From Lepidodermella squamata (Eukaryota; Animalia; Gastrotricha): a stretch of 64,000 nt of DNA. Positions 1 through 9,421 of the stretch are shown here, one piece after another. The translations under genes and the position numbers were made by a program. The stretch covers positions 1 to 64,000 of the forward strand of contig JBLDXI010000010.1 in assembly GCA_047495785.1 (NCBI GenBank). The letters are read 5' to 3'. Position 1 is the stretch's first letter. Each line of letters starts with the position of its first letter. The notes under the pieces are model-generated. The model worked only from the letters and a program-made list of their open reading frames with translations. It had not been told where the DNA came from and did not search any database.

Positions 1-17
1 ACACATCTCGTGAGAGT
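1..17 (+). other. Probable untrimmed PacBio barcode (bc1003 plus T overhang) at the sequence start
   Basis: ACACATCTCGTGAGAGT matches the bc1003 barcoded-adapter sequence as I recall it. It is the only part of 1-3073 with no mirror in the inverted arm, whose match begins at base 18. Confidence 0.8.
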
Positions 18-134
18 AGCTAAAATCATTATTTCTACTTTCATCATTATCTATCAATTTTCAAAATTCGCAGCAGAAATAAAAATATGGCTATCGGTAA
101 ATTCTCCCCGTTTTTAAAGTCTTCGTAATTTATT

Positions 135-404
135 ATGCATCAAACAACAGATATTCCGCGTGCTGTTTTACCGATCCTATTGCTGCTATCCCTGGTTACC
201 ATTTTAATCAGCTTTTTCGCTGTTATGGAAGTTCGCAATACTCAAGCCGAACTCCTTCACCTGCGGCAACTTGTCGAGTCTACTGAGCGGATGTTATATA
301 ATATAAATGATTTATTATTCCACTTAAACGGTGATTTATTTAGCCACATGGCTAATTGTTCGGTTGTCCCTACTTGCCGTAAATTAGCTATAAAGAAGAA
401 TTAG
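135..404 (+). CDS. Polinton small membrane protein, fold-back copy
   Basis: Identical 89 aa translation to 5866-6135. Confidence 0.5.
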   Translation: MHQTTDIPRAVLPILLLLSLVTILISFFAVMEVRNTQAELLHLRQLVESTERMLYNINDLLFHLNGDLFSHMANCSVVPTCRKLAIKKN

Positions 405-407
405 GTC

Positions 408-1616
408 ATGCCACGTAATAAACACAATGCGAGACGTCTAGCTGAAGGAGATGCTAAAATAAACCACAGGTCAGACTTGAAATCGTTTGTTTTGAGCTTC
501 TATAATGATCCGAAACATGTTGGATCATTTCAAGGCCTGCGCAGATTATACTCAACACTTAAAGCTACATTACCCTTAGAGCTGAGAAATTCCTTACTCA
601 TAAAAAACTAGCTGAGATTATGAGCCATGATCGAACATATTCATTATATAAACCACTAAGTGTAAGAAACCGGAAGCAATTCATGCAATATGAAGTTTAT
701 GCTAGAAGTGACCTCTTTCTAGGTGATCTTCTTGAAGTTCAAGATTCAAGCCAAGATAATGATGGAACCCGCTATTTACTTACAATCAAAGACTGTTTTA
801 CGCGTTATGCTTTCTGTATTCCCTTACTTAACAAAGAAGGAAATTACACTGCTGAGAAGATCAGTAATTTTTTGAGCAGCCTAACACCTGATTTGCGTTG
901 CCGCTCTTTCACTACAGATTCTGGCGGAGAATTTATCAACAAAGAAGCTAAAAAAATATTTAAAAAATTCAATGTTTATTATTACACTACAACCTCCATG
1001 TTCAAGTGTTCACCCATAGAAATTTCAACCGTTGGCTTCGTAGAACTATTTCGAGGCATCAAATTGCAAATCATACGCTGCGTTACATCGATTACTTACC
1101 TTTTTCTTAGCGTCTTACAATCAAATGAAAAATCGCAGCACTAGGGTTGCCCCGTTAGAATTATGGCTAGCTTCCCCAGAAGATCCTATAAATTTGGTTG
1201 CTTACAATAATGTTTTTGGAAAAAGAGATCAATTGATGCTTGAAAAGCGCAAGAATTTACTATACAAACCGACTTTTTCTGTCGGTGATTGTGTTAGAAT
1301 TAGTCGTGTAAAGGATTTATTTCACAAAGAAGGAGATTTCATTTTTACTGAAGAATATTTTTTTATCGACCGCATAGATACTTGTACCATCCCCGACAAG
1401 TATTATCTCCGTGATACTCTGAATAAGCGTATTCAAGGTAGTTTTTACGATTGGCAGCTTCAGATAGCACATCCGCAAGAAACATATTTAATAGAAAAAG
1501 TTCTGAAGCATCGCACTATAAATGGCAAGAAACAGGCTCTTGTGAAATGGCAAAACTGGCCGATTGAAGCCGCTAGTTGGATTGATGCAAACGAGATCAA
1601 AACCTTGGCCTCATGA
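408..1616 (+). pseudogene. Polinton integrase, fold-back copy with three apparent frameshifts
   Basis: Split into 67, 174 and 163 aa ORFs by single-base homopolymer deletions near 592, 1023 and 1101 relative to the intact copy. These are likely sequencing errors. Confidence 0.85.
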
Positions 1617-1816
1617 ATAGAGTTCCTACGACTCCACTCTTAGCTTTCCTACAAAAGCCATCTGTGCGTGTAGGGGCCTACATTTTTTTCCTTCTAATAA
1701 CCGTTTGGCTTATAGAAATTTCAAACTATTTATTCAAAACTAAGCTCCCCCCTTTTGGCAACAGCGCAATCCTTACTTTAGAAAAGATAGATAAGGATAA
1801 CATAACAAATGCTTAG
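1613..1816 (+). CDS. Polinton small membrane protein, fold-back copy
   Basis: Identical 67 aa translation to 4451-4654. Confidence 0.45.
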   Translation: MNRVPTTPLLAFLQKPSVRVGAYIFFLLITVWLIEISNYLFKTKLPPFGNSAILTLEKIDKDNITNA

Positions 1817-3028
1817 CATCCAGGAGGACTTCTTTATTTATTTACCCTCGAATGCCTCATATTCTCAACATCCGGCGAATACTCCGTCGGATTATCAAGT
1901 TGCTCTCCCTGTCCCAATTTGCGTACCCGATTGCCGTGCTTATGAAGTAGCCCTACTTGAGGCTACAATTCCTGTTAGGTGGAGTAGCATTGATCGTCAT
2001 ACAGTCTATGTGCTTGATTGTAACTGGCTGAAATCTTTTAAAAACGACATTATTGCTAATTATTTAACAAATCCTGGCTCTTTGCCACATCGGATGAAAA
2101 GTTTCAACAATCCATGGGAAACTGGCTTTATTAACAAAGTAAATTTCGGAGGTGAATATTTTGCGAATATAACCAAACTAATCGATCACTTTAATGAAAA
2201 AATATCCATCTCAAGTAGTAATGGCTCTATTTTTGCTCATTATGATTCAGTCAACAAAAAAACTAAAATTACCTGTAAATGGCCATATTCTATGTTTATA
2301 CCTTCAGATTCTGCTGGCCTCTTAGGTTTTGTGTCTCCAATAGAACAGAATACACCGTCTGGAGTTTTCATTTTTCCCAAGCCCCAAAAAATGACGAGCC
2401 AGAATTTAATGAAGTTTCCACTTTTGATATAAAGTCAACGTATGCCTTGGCATATGCGTGGAATATGAGCCACCAAATTCGTGAAAATCCACACATTTTA
2501 TTCAACTCAGTTGGGATTGTTAGGCTTTCTAGCAGACCAAAACTTAAGGAGGATGCAAATAATGAGACAGCGGCGGTAGAAAATCAAGAAGGCGTAAATT
2601 CAGCACAGCACTTTGATTTTTCTGAGCAAACAGTAATCACCAAAGATAATGATTTACCGCCTGCCTTTATTTATGCATGCTATGAAGAAAGTGCTACAGC
2701 TCAATACAACATTCAGTTGAATTATGGCAATAACTCACTGTTCATTTACTGCTCAGTTGCAGCGGATGTTTTTGTTGGAGATTGCCAAGCTAGCCTCCTT
2801 CGAATGATAACCTATTCTACGATGGCTTCTGCTACGGCAAATTCAGACTTGTCATCACATTTTACAGTGATTTATAACTCGGGCCTATATTTACCTTTAA
2901 AAGCCAATTTTATAGATTCAATTCAAGTTCAAATCCGCCGCGATAACGGGGCATTGATCGATTTTGTGGATGGTAGCAAAGTTGTATTGCTACTTCATAT
3001 TCGCCGAAAAACCGGAGCCTTATATTAA
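1809..3028 (+). CDS. Polinton minor capsid/penton (PX-like), fold-back copy with one apparent frameshift
   Basis: N-terminus FFIYLPSNAS..HPANTPSDYQVALP..YEVAL and C-terminus LFIYCS..VGD..ASLLR..YLPL..IDSIQVQIRRDNG..LLLHIRR. One G appears to be missing near 2381. Confidence 0.8.
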
Positions 3029-3073
3029 TATAAGTGGCTGAGTTCTAATTATTAATATTACCGAAGATGCCCC

Positions 3074-3197
3074 AGCGGAAATGGTCCAGGTTAGCACCCG
3101 CTCCAGCTCCATAGCCTGCTATCAGCGGGGAGGAGTGTTGGCGGAGAAAAAACTGCTGGTACTTGTCAACGTTTTGGTTAGAATAAGCTAGGGGCAT
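3074..3197 (-). CDS. 5' part of a Gly-rich Polinton core-like protein (PW-like), truncated at the fold-back junction
   Basis: Translates as MPLAYSNQNVDKYQQFFLRQHSSPLIAGYGAGAGANLDHFR directly downstream of the penton. IAGYG fits the adenoviral protease consensus (M/I/L)xGxG. Confidence 0.55.
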
Positions 3198-3235
3198 CTT
3201 CGGTAATATTAATAATTAGAACTCAGCCACTTATA

Positions 3236-4458
3236 TTAATATAAGGCTCCGGTTTTTCGGCGAATATGAAGTAGCAATACAACTTTGCTACCATCCACAA
3301 AATCGATCAATGCCCCGTTATCGCGGCGGATTTGAACTTGAATTGAATCTATAAAATTGGCTTTTAAAGGTAAATATAGGCCCGAGTTATAAATCACTGT
3401 AAAATGTGATGACAAGTCTGAATTTGCCGTAGCAGAAGCCATCGTAGAATAGGTTATCATTCGAAGGAGGCTAGCTTGGCAATCTCCAACAAAAACATCC
3501 GCTGCAACTGAGCAGTAAATGAACAGTGAGTTATTGCCATAATTCAACTGAATGTTGTATTGAGCTGTAGCACTTTCTTCATAGCATGCATAAATAAAGG
3601 CAGGCGGTAAATCATTATCTTTGGTGATTACTGTTTGCTCAGAAAAATCAAAGTGCTGTGCTGAATTTACGCCTTCTTGATTTTCTACCGCCGCTGTCTC
3701 ATTATTTGCATCCTCCTTAAGTTTTTGGTCTGCTAGAAAGCCTAACAATCCCAACTGAGTTGAATAAAATGTGTGGATTTTCACGAATTTGGTGGCTCAT
3801 ATTCCACGCATATGCCAAGGCATACGTTGACTTTATATCAAAAGTGGAAACTTCATTAAATTCTGGCTCGTCATTTTTTGGGGCCCTTGGGAAAAATGAA
3901 AACTCCAGACGGTGTATTCTGTTCTATTGGAGACACAAAACCTAAGAGGCCAGCAGAATCTGAAGGTATAAACATAGAATATGGCCATTTACAGGTAATT
4001 TTAGTTTTTTTGTTGACTGAATCATAATGAGCAAAAATAGAGCCATTACTACTTGAGATGGATATTTTTTCATTAAAGTGATCGATTAGTTTGGTTATAT
4101 TCGCAAAATATTCACCTCCGAAATTTACTTTGTTAATAAAGCCAGTTTCCCATGGATTGTTGAAACTTTTCATCCGATGTGGCAAAGAGCCAGGATTTGT
4201 TAAATAATTAGCAATAATGTCGTTTTTAAAAGATTTCAGCCAGTTACAATCAAGCACATAGACTGTATGACGATCAATGCTACTCCACCTAACAGGAATT
4301 GTAGCCTCAAGTAGGGCTACTTCATAAGCACGGCAATCGGGTACGCAAATTGGGACAGGGAGAGCAACTTGATAATCCGACGGAGTATTCGCCGGATGTT
4401 GAGAATATGAGGCATTCGAGGGTAAATAAATAAAGAAGTCCTCCTGGATGCTAAGCAT
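3236..4458 (-). CDS. Polinton minor capsid/penton (PX-like) with two apparent frameshifts
   Basis: Same motifs as the + copy, with an extra base near 3884 and another near 3722. The consensus of both arms gives one ~406 aa ORF. Confidence 0.8.
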
Positions 4459-4654
4459 TTGTTATGTTATCCTTATCTATCTTTTCTAAAGTAAGGATTG
4501 CGCTGTTGCCAAAAGGGGGGAGCTTAGTTTTGAATAAATAGTTTGAAATTTCTATAAGCCAAACGGTTATTAGAAGGAAAAAAATGTAGGCCCCTACACG
4601 CACAGATGGCTTTTGTAGGAAAGCTAAGAGTGGAGTCGTAGGAACTCTATTCAT
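4451..4654 (-). CDS. Small single-pass membrane protein of the Polinton
   Basis: 67 aa with hydrophobic VGAYIFFLLITVWLI. Its ATG overlaps the integrase stop (ATGA) and its end overlaps the penton start. Confidence 0.5.
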   Translation of the reverse strand: MNRVPTTPLLAFLQKPSVRVGAYIFFLLITVWLIEISNYLFKTKLPPFGNSAILTLEKIDKDNITNA

Positions 4655-5862
4655 GAGGCCAAGGTTTTGATCTCGTTTGCATCAATCCAACTAGCGGCTT
4701 CAATCGGCCAGTTTTGCCATTTCACAAGAGCCTGTTTCTTGCCATTTATAGTGCGATGCTTCAGAACTTTTTCTATTAAATATGTTTCTTGCGGATGTGC
4801 TATCTGAAGCTGCCAATCGTAAAAACTACCTTGAATACGCTTATTCAGAGTATCACGGAGATAATACTTGTCGGGGATGGTACAAGTATCTATGCGGTCG
4901 ATAAAAAAATATTCTTCAGTAAAAATGAAATCTCCTTCTTTGTGAAATAAATCCTTTACACGACTAATTCTAACACAATCACCGACAGAAAAAGTCGGTT
5001 TGTATAGTAAATTCTTGCGCTTTTCAAGCATCAATTGATCTCTTTTTCCAAAAACATTATTGTAAGCAACCAAATTTATAGGATCTTCTGGGGAAGCTAG
5101 CCATAATTCTAACGGGGCAACCCTAGTGCTGCGATTTTTCATTTGATTGTAAGACGCTAAGAAAAAAGGTAAGTAATCGATGTAACGCAGCGTATGATTT
5201 GCAATTTGATGCCTCGAAATAGTTCTACGAAGCCAACGGTTGAAAATTTCTATGGGTGAACACTTGAACATGGAGGTTGTAGTGTAATAATAAACATTGA
5301 ATTTTTTAAATATTTTTTTAGCTTCTTTGTTGATAAATTCTCCGCCAGAATCTGTAGTGAAAGAGCGGCAACGCAAATCAGGTGTTAGGCTGCTCAAAAA
5401 ATTACTGATCTTCTCAGCAGTGTAATTTCCTTCTTTGTTAAGTAAGGGAATACAGAAAGCATAACGCGTAAAACAGTCTTTGATTGTAAGTAAATAGCGG
5501 GTTCCATCATTATCTTGGCTTGAATCTTGAACTTCAAGAAGATCACCTAGAAAGAGGTCACTTCTAGCATAAACTTCATATTGCATGAATTGCTTCCGGT
5601 TTCTTACACTTAGTGGTTTATATAATGAATATGTTCGATCATGGCTCATAATCTCAGCTAGTTTTTTATGAGTAAGGGAATTTCTCAGCTCTAAGGGTAA
5701 TGTAGCTTTAAGTGTTGAGTATAATCTGCGCAGGCCTTGAAATGATCCAACATGTTTCGGATCATTATAGAAGCTCAAAACAAACGATTTCAAGTCTGAC
5801 CTGTGGTTTATTTTAGCATCTCCTTCAGCTAGACGTCTCGCATTGTGTTTATTACGTGGCAT
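4651..5862 (-). CDS. Polinton/Maverick retroviral-like (rve) DDE integrase with C-terminal chromodomain
   Basis: N-terminal FYNDPKHVGSF. Catalytic D (LGDLL), D (TTDSGGEF) and E (PIEIFNRWLR). Chromodomain YLIEKVLKHR..ALVKWQNWP..ASWI. Intact 403 aa. Confidence 0.93.
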   Translation of the reverse strand: MPRNKHNARRLAEGDAKINHRSDLKSFVLSFYNDPKHVGSFQGLRRLYSTLKATLPLELRNSLTHKKLAEIMSHDRTYSLYKPLSVRNRKQFMQYEVYARSDLFLGDLLEVQDSSQDNDGTRYLLTIKDCFTRYAFCIPLLNKEGNYTAEKISNFLSSLTPDLRCRSFTTDSGGEFINKEAKKIFKKFNVYYYTTTSMFKCSPIEIFNRWLRRTISRHQIANHTLRYIDYLPFFLASYNQMKNRSTRVAPLELWLASPEDPINLVAYNNVFGKRDQLMLEKRKNLLYKPTFSVGDCVRISRVKDLFHKEGDFIFTEEYFFIDRIDTCTIPDKYYLRDTLNKRIQGSFYDWQLQIAHPQETYLIEKVLKHRTINGKKQALVKWQNWPIEAASWIDANEIKTLAS

Positions 5863-5865
5863 GAC

Positions 5866-6135
5866 CTAATTCTTCTTTATAGCTAATTTACGGCAAGTAG
5901 GGACAACCGAACAATTAGCCATGTGGCTAAATAAATCACCGTTTAAGTGGAATAATAAATCATTTATATTATATAACATCCGCTCAGTAGACTCGACAAG
6001 TTGCCGCAGGTGAAGGAGTTCGGCTTGAGTATTGCGAACTTCCATAACAGCGAAAAAGCTGATTAAAATGGTAACCAGGGATAGCAGCAATAGGATCGGT
6101 AAAACAGCACGCGGAATATCTGTTGTTTGATGCAT
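5866..6135 (-). CDS. Small membrane-anchored helical protein of the Polinton
   Basis: 89 aa with an N-terminal hydrophobic run (AVLPILLLLSLVTILISFFAVM) followed by a heptad-like helix. It ends 3 bp before the integrase ATG. Confidence 0.55.
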   Translation of the reverse strand: MHQTTDIPRAVLPILLLLSLVTILISFFAVMEVRNTQAELLHLRQLVESTERMLYNINDLLFHLNGDLFSHMANCSVVPTCRKLAIKKN

Positions 6136-6299
6136 AATAAATTACGAAGACTTTAAAAACGGGGAAATTTACCGATAGCCATATTTTTATTTCTGCTGCG
6201 AATTTTGAAAATTGATAGATAATGATGAAAGTAGAAATAATGATTTTAGCTTAAAAAAAGACGGCACGCGATTAATCTTCCCTCATTCATTAAATCATT

Positions 6300-7438
6300 T
6301 TATTGTTGTTTGATATACAGAAAAAAAGGCGCCAATTTAACAAATGCTATTTTTATAAGAGATAACGAAAAACAGCCGCTCATAATCATTTTTCCAGTGT
6401 GAAACAGTGTGGCAGATACATTTAACTTTGGTTCATTTTCATTAGTGCTGACTTTGGAGAAAACACGTATACGCAACCCAGGAAAAAATTCTGGTTGGTA
6501 AACGCATATTTTAGGAAATTGAAAAGCTAGCAGGCTAAGATTGACAGTTTTATGTAAATCGTAGAACAATACTATATTAGTAATTATTGGGTCACGGATT
6601 ATCAACCGTCGATTAACAATTTTTCTGAGTGTAGCTTGAAGAACTCCAAAAGCAGTAACACAATTCGAGGCTGTTTTGGTACCACTACAAATTATAGCTC
6701 CGGATGAAAATAATAAAAACGTCGCGTTAAAAGCAGGTACTTTATAGAACAAAGCACTCGACATTTTTTTTGGGTTATATTTTGCACAAGGTAAAATTAG
6801 GGCTAGACTATCTAAATTAAATAGAAAATTTGACCTTGATTTAGCCATAATATTTGAAATAGAGTAATCAATATCATATTGTATATTATTTACTTCCATA
6901 TTTAATGGTGGGGATTTCAATAGAAAAAAAGGTTCAGTGCTAGATTGTAGCTTTAAATCAACAGGATAGGATATAGTCAAATTTATGATCGTGGTCGACT
7001 GTGATGCGGCTGATTGAAGGCTTGTAACATACTTGATTTCAGCTGTTTCTGTTTGAACTTTGCGATAGGTTGAGGGCAAATCATGACCAAAAAAGAGGCG
7101 ACAGAATCTTGCTTTCGTGACTCATGATTGGTAATTGGAACAGCTGGTTTATTTTTCGCCTTGCATGGCGTTTTCGCCGATTTAGCAACTGATTTCTTCT
7201 CAGTACCTATGACTTTTTTCTGAATTTTATGTTTAGCATTGCGTTTCGGTTGATTACGAACCGCAGTTTTTGCTAATCTAGAGGCTGATGTTTGTTCAAC
7301 AGGTTCCTTGGTAAACGTACTCGTATTCGGTTCATTCAGGTTTATTGGTACGAAATCATTGTTAGAAAAAAACAATGGAGAAGCCGGAGATGAATTGAAG
7401 AAAGCTTCCATAAATTCAGTAAGAAGAATAATATTCAA
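6300..7438 (-). CDS. Divergent TATA-binding protein (TBP)-like gene inside the Polinton, probably one ORF with a Lys-rich N-terminal extension
   Basis: Both TBP repeats are present: SNIMA..NLDSLAL..AKYNPKK..LLFSSGAIICSG and TNIV..NLSLLA..YQPEFFPGL..TLFHTGKMIMSG. One extra T in the T6 run at ~7089-7094 would fuse the 151 aa and 259 aa ORFs. No introns. Confidence 0.88.
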
Positions 7439-7579
7439 AGTTCTTGCGTTTGAAATGAAAAATGATCGAATGACGGAAGCCGGCCGCGGTGATTGGTTGG
7501 AGTTGCTGAGCCCCAGAACCTTCTGATTAGGAATGAATAAATAACAAAGGCATTATATAAATAAAATAAACTGACCAAA

Positions 7580-8386
7580 TTAGGTCGAAGAGCTGTTGTT
7601 GAAAGGTAAGACGGTAGCGACAGGTTGTAGTGCGATGGAGCGTTGCATGATGCCCGGCCATTTACTATTCGCACCTTCCTGCTGACCATTAAGAACATCG
7701 ATGACTGATGCCCATGGAATTTTCTGAGCGTGTTGATAGGGTGGAGGTACGACGTTCTGCATTTCTACTGAGACCCTACGACCTGCCCGAAGTAAAAGGT
7801 AGAATATGTGCCGCAGGTTTACGCTGACACCATTAAAGTTTTTTAACAAATCGTAAAATAAATGTTGGATGTAGATATATCGGCCTTCGGTGTAGGTAGG
7901 GTGTGCCGTTAGGCCATACCAGAAACTTTCTTCCAGGCCAGACACAATAATAGGGTTAGGGCTATCGTCGAGGCAATCATCCAAAAGGTAATCACTTTCA
8001 GTAAAAATAATTGAGTGACAAATGGACGACCATAAATCATCCTGGCGAACAAGGAGCGTGGTAGTATCATTTAGGATGCTCTTCCATAAATCATGCCCAA
8101 CGATGGAAGCACAGGTAGCTAAATTATATTCGGCAAAATGTTGAAAATTCGTGCCATCGTGGGTTGATGGGAAGAGACGAGCAACGGCTCTTTTGTAGCC
8201 GAGATAAACATGATCGATAGTAATATGTTGGCCTTTCGAGTTGGCAATCAAATCGAATATGGCGACTTCAGCGAATGTAATGCGTCCAGAGAGGGTATTT
8301 AGTGATATATTTAATGATTTCGGAGGAAAAAGTAAATCTTCTCGGTAGAAAATCGCTTCATAAGATTCATCATAGCCAATAATCAT
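7580..8386 (-). CDS. Polinton orphan protein (268 aa) with an internal ~35 aa duplication
   Basis: Long ORF in AT-rich element DNA, co-oriented with the other element genes. No family recognised. Confidence 0.65.
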   Translation of the reverse strand: MIIGYDESYEAIFYREDLLFPPKSLNISLNTLSGRITFAEVAIFDLIANSKGQHITIDHVYLGYKRAVARLFPSTHDGTNFQHFAEYNLATCASIVGHDLWKSILNDTTTLLVRQDDLWSSICHSIIFTESDYLLDDCLDDSPNPIIVSGLEESFWYGLTAHPTYTEGRYIYIQHLFYDLLKNFNGVSVNLRHIFYLLLRAGRRVSVEMQNVVPPPYQHAQKIPWASVIDVLNGQQEGANSKWPGIMQRSIALQPVATVLPFNNSSST

Positions 8387-8481
8387 AGCAACTTATTTGA
8401 CCTTGCTATCCCTACCTTAATCTTTGCTTTTATTCGATTTTCCTTGAGTAAAAAAATGTTTCTTATATTTTTTAGATTACA

Positions 8482-8710
8482 GTTAAGTTGGATTGATAGG
8501 AGAAAGTAAAGTTTATTTACAAAACAAGTTAATGGACATATCAGGAAAGAAAGGAGTATTTATAAATGCTAATGGCCAAAGTAAAAAATATTTATTATAT
8601 TTTAGATTAAAGTTAAGGGGGATTGATAGGAGAAAGTAATGTTTATTTACAAAAAAGGTTAATGGAAAGTAAGGTGTATTTATATAAGCTAATGGACAAA
8701 GCAGGAAAAA
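8482..8710. repeat. Imperfect ~120-130 bp direct repeat (2 copies) in the element's non-coding region
   Basis: GGATTGATAGGAGAAAGTAA..GTTTATTTACAAAA..GTTAATGGA..GTATTTATA..GCTAATGG occurs twice. Confidence 0.75.
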
Positions 8711-8839
8711 AGATGAGCTAGCTTGAGTTCTTAGATTACTGTATCTAATCAAGTATCTTTTTGGAAACTAAGAAAATTGATGGAAGCAGAAGACATGTAA
8801 GTTTGGTTCTTTTTTAAAAAATCTTGAATAAATTCTGTT

Positions 8840-9055
8840 ATGTTTAGTCGTGAACGCTTATATCAAGCACTGCTAAGCATTGACCATCTGCAACGAGCAA
8901 TGACAGCAGCTATAAACGAAATGTTGAACACACAATTGGAGGTTGAACAATTGATCAATGATGCATCACGATTTATGATAGCAACTCGAGCAAGAGATCA
9001 GGCATGCAGCCTAGATTGTGGTGATTGGAATTGTAATTACTGTTACAAAGATTGA
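8840..9055 (+). CDS. Small Polinton ORF, helical with a C-terminal Cys cluster
   Basis: 71 aa from an ATG, ending CSLDCGDWNCNYCYKD, followed by AATAAA near 9066. Confidence 0.45.
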   Translation: MFSRERLYQALLSIDHLQRAMTAAINEMLNTQLEVEQLINDASRFMIATRARDQACSLDCGDWNCNYCYKD

Positions 9056-9219
9056 AAAATTAAAAATAAATTATCATGTGTGCATTTTTTATATTACAAA
9101 TTAATTCCCAGAAAGAATGCAAAAGCATGACTCATAATAGTTTTAGAAAAAAAGTATGCCCGCTGTATATTTTATCATAAACATTGCGTACATTTATGGG
9201 GCAACGGATAAAACGCACT

Positions 9220-9421
9220 TATATATTTATGTGAAACGGTTATAGTAAAAATGACCGTAGTGCTATTACTGATACAACGCTCGTATATTTATGCCAAATG
9301 GCTATAGTAAAAATCGCCGTACTGCCATTACTGATCCCAAATTGCGTATATTTATACCAAACGGCTATAGTAAAAATCGCCGTACTGCCATTACTGATCC
9401 AAAGTTCCCATCCTTACTACT
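9220..9421. repeat. Polinton terminal region with ~3 tandem 62-63 bp repeats, ending in ACTACT
   Basis: G(C/T)TATAGTAAAAAT..CCGTA..ATTACTGAT recurs at ~9239, 9301 and 9364. The terminus ACTACT at 9416-9421 is the reverse complement of AGTAGT. Confidence 0.85.

Larger units (their letters stand above)
18..6251. repeat. ~3.06 kb near-perfect inverted duplication (arms 18-3073 and 3191-6251, 117 bp spacer)
   Basis: The same ORFs appear mirrored on both strands. The differences I found between arms are single-base indels, mostly in homopolymers. Confidence 0.97.
3074..9421 (-). mobile_element. Polinton/Maverick (adintovirus-like) element, one terminus and partial interior
   Basis: rve integrase with chromodomain, penton-like gene, and tightly packed intronless ORFs. 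The terminus reads 5'-AGTAGTAAGG on the minus strand at 9421, with subterminal tandem repeats. pPolB, ATPase, protease and major capsid are not in the window because the fold-back cuts the element off. Confidence 0.9.

Noticed and set aside
18-6251. Inverted repeat read as the Polinton's TIRs or a hairpin telomere
   Set aside because: The arms contain internal genes, are head-to-head with a mid-gene turn and end at a probable barcode. The real terminus is at 9421.
7435-7698. 87 aa ORF between the orphan and TBP genes
   Set aside because: It overlaps the 268 aa ORF in another frame and has no recognisable features.
9220-9400. CRISPR-like array
   Set aside because: These are plain tandem repeats without unique spacers, in a eukaryotic context with no cas genes.
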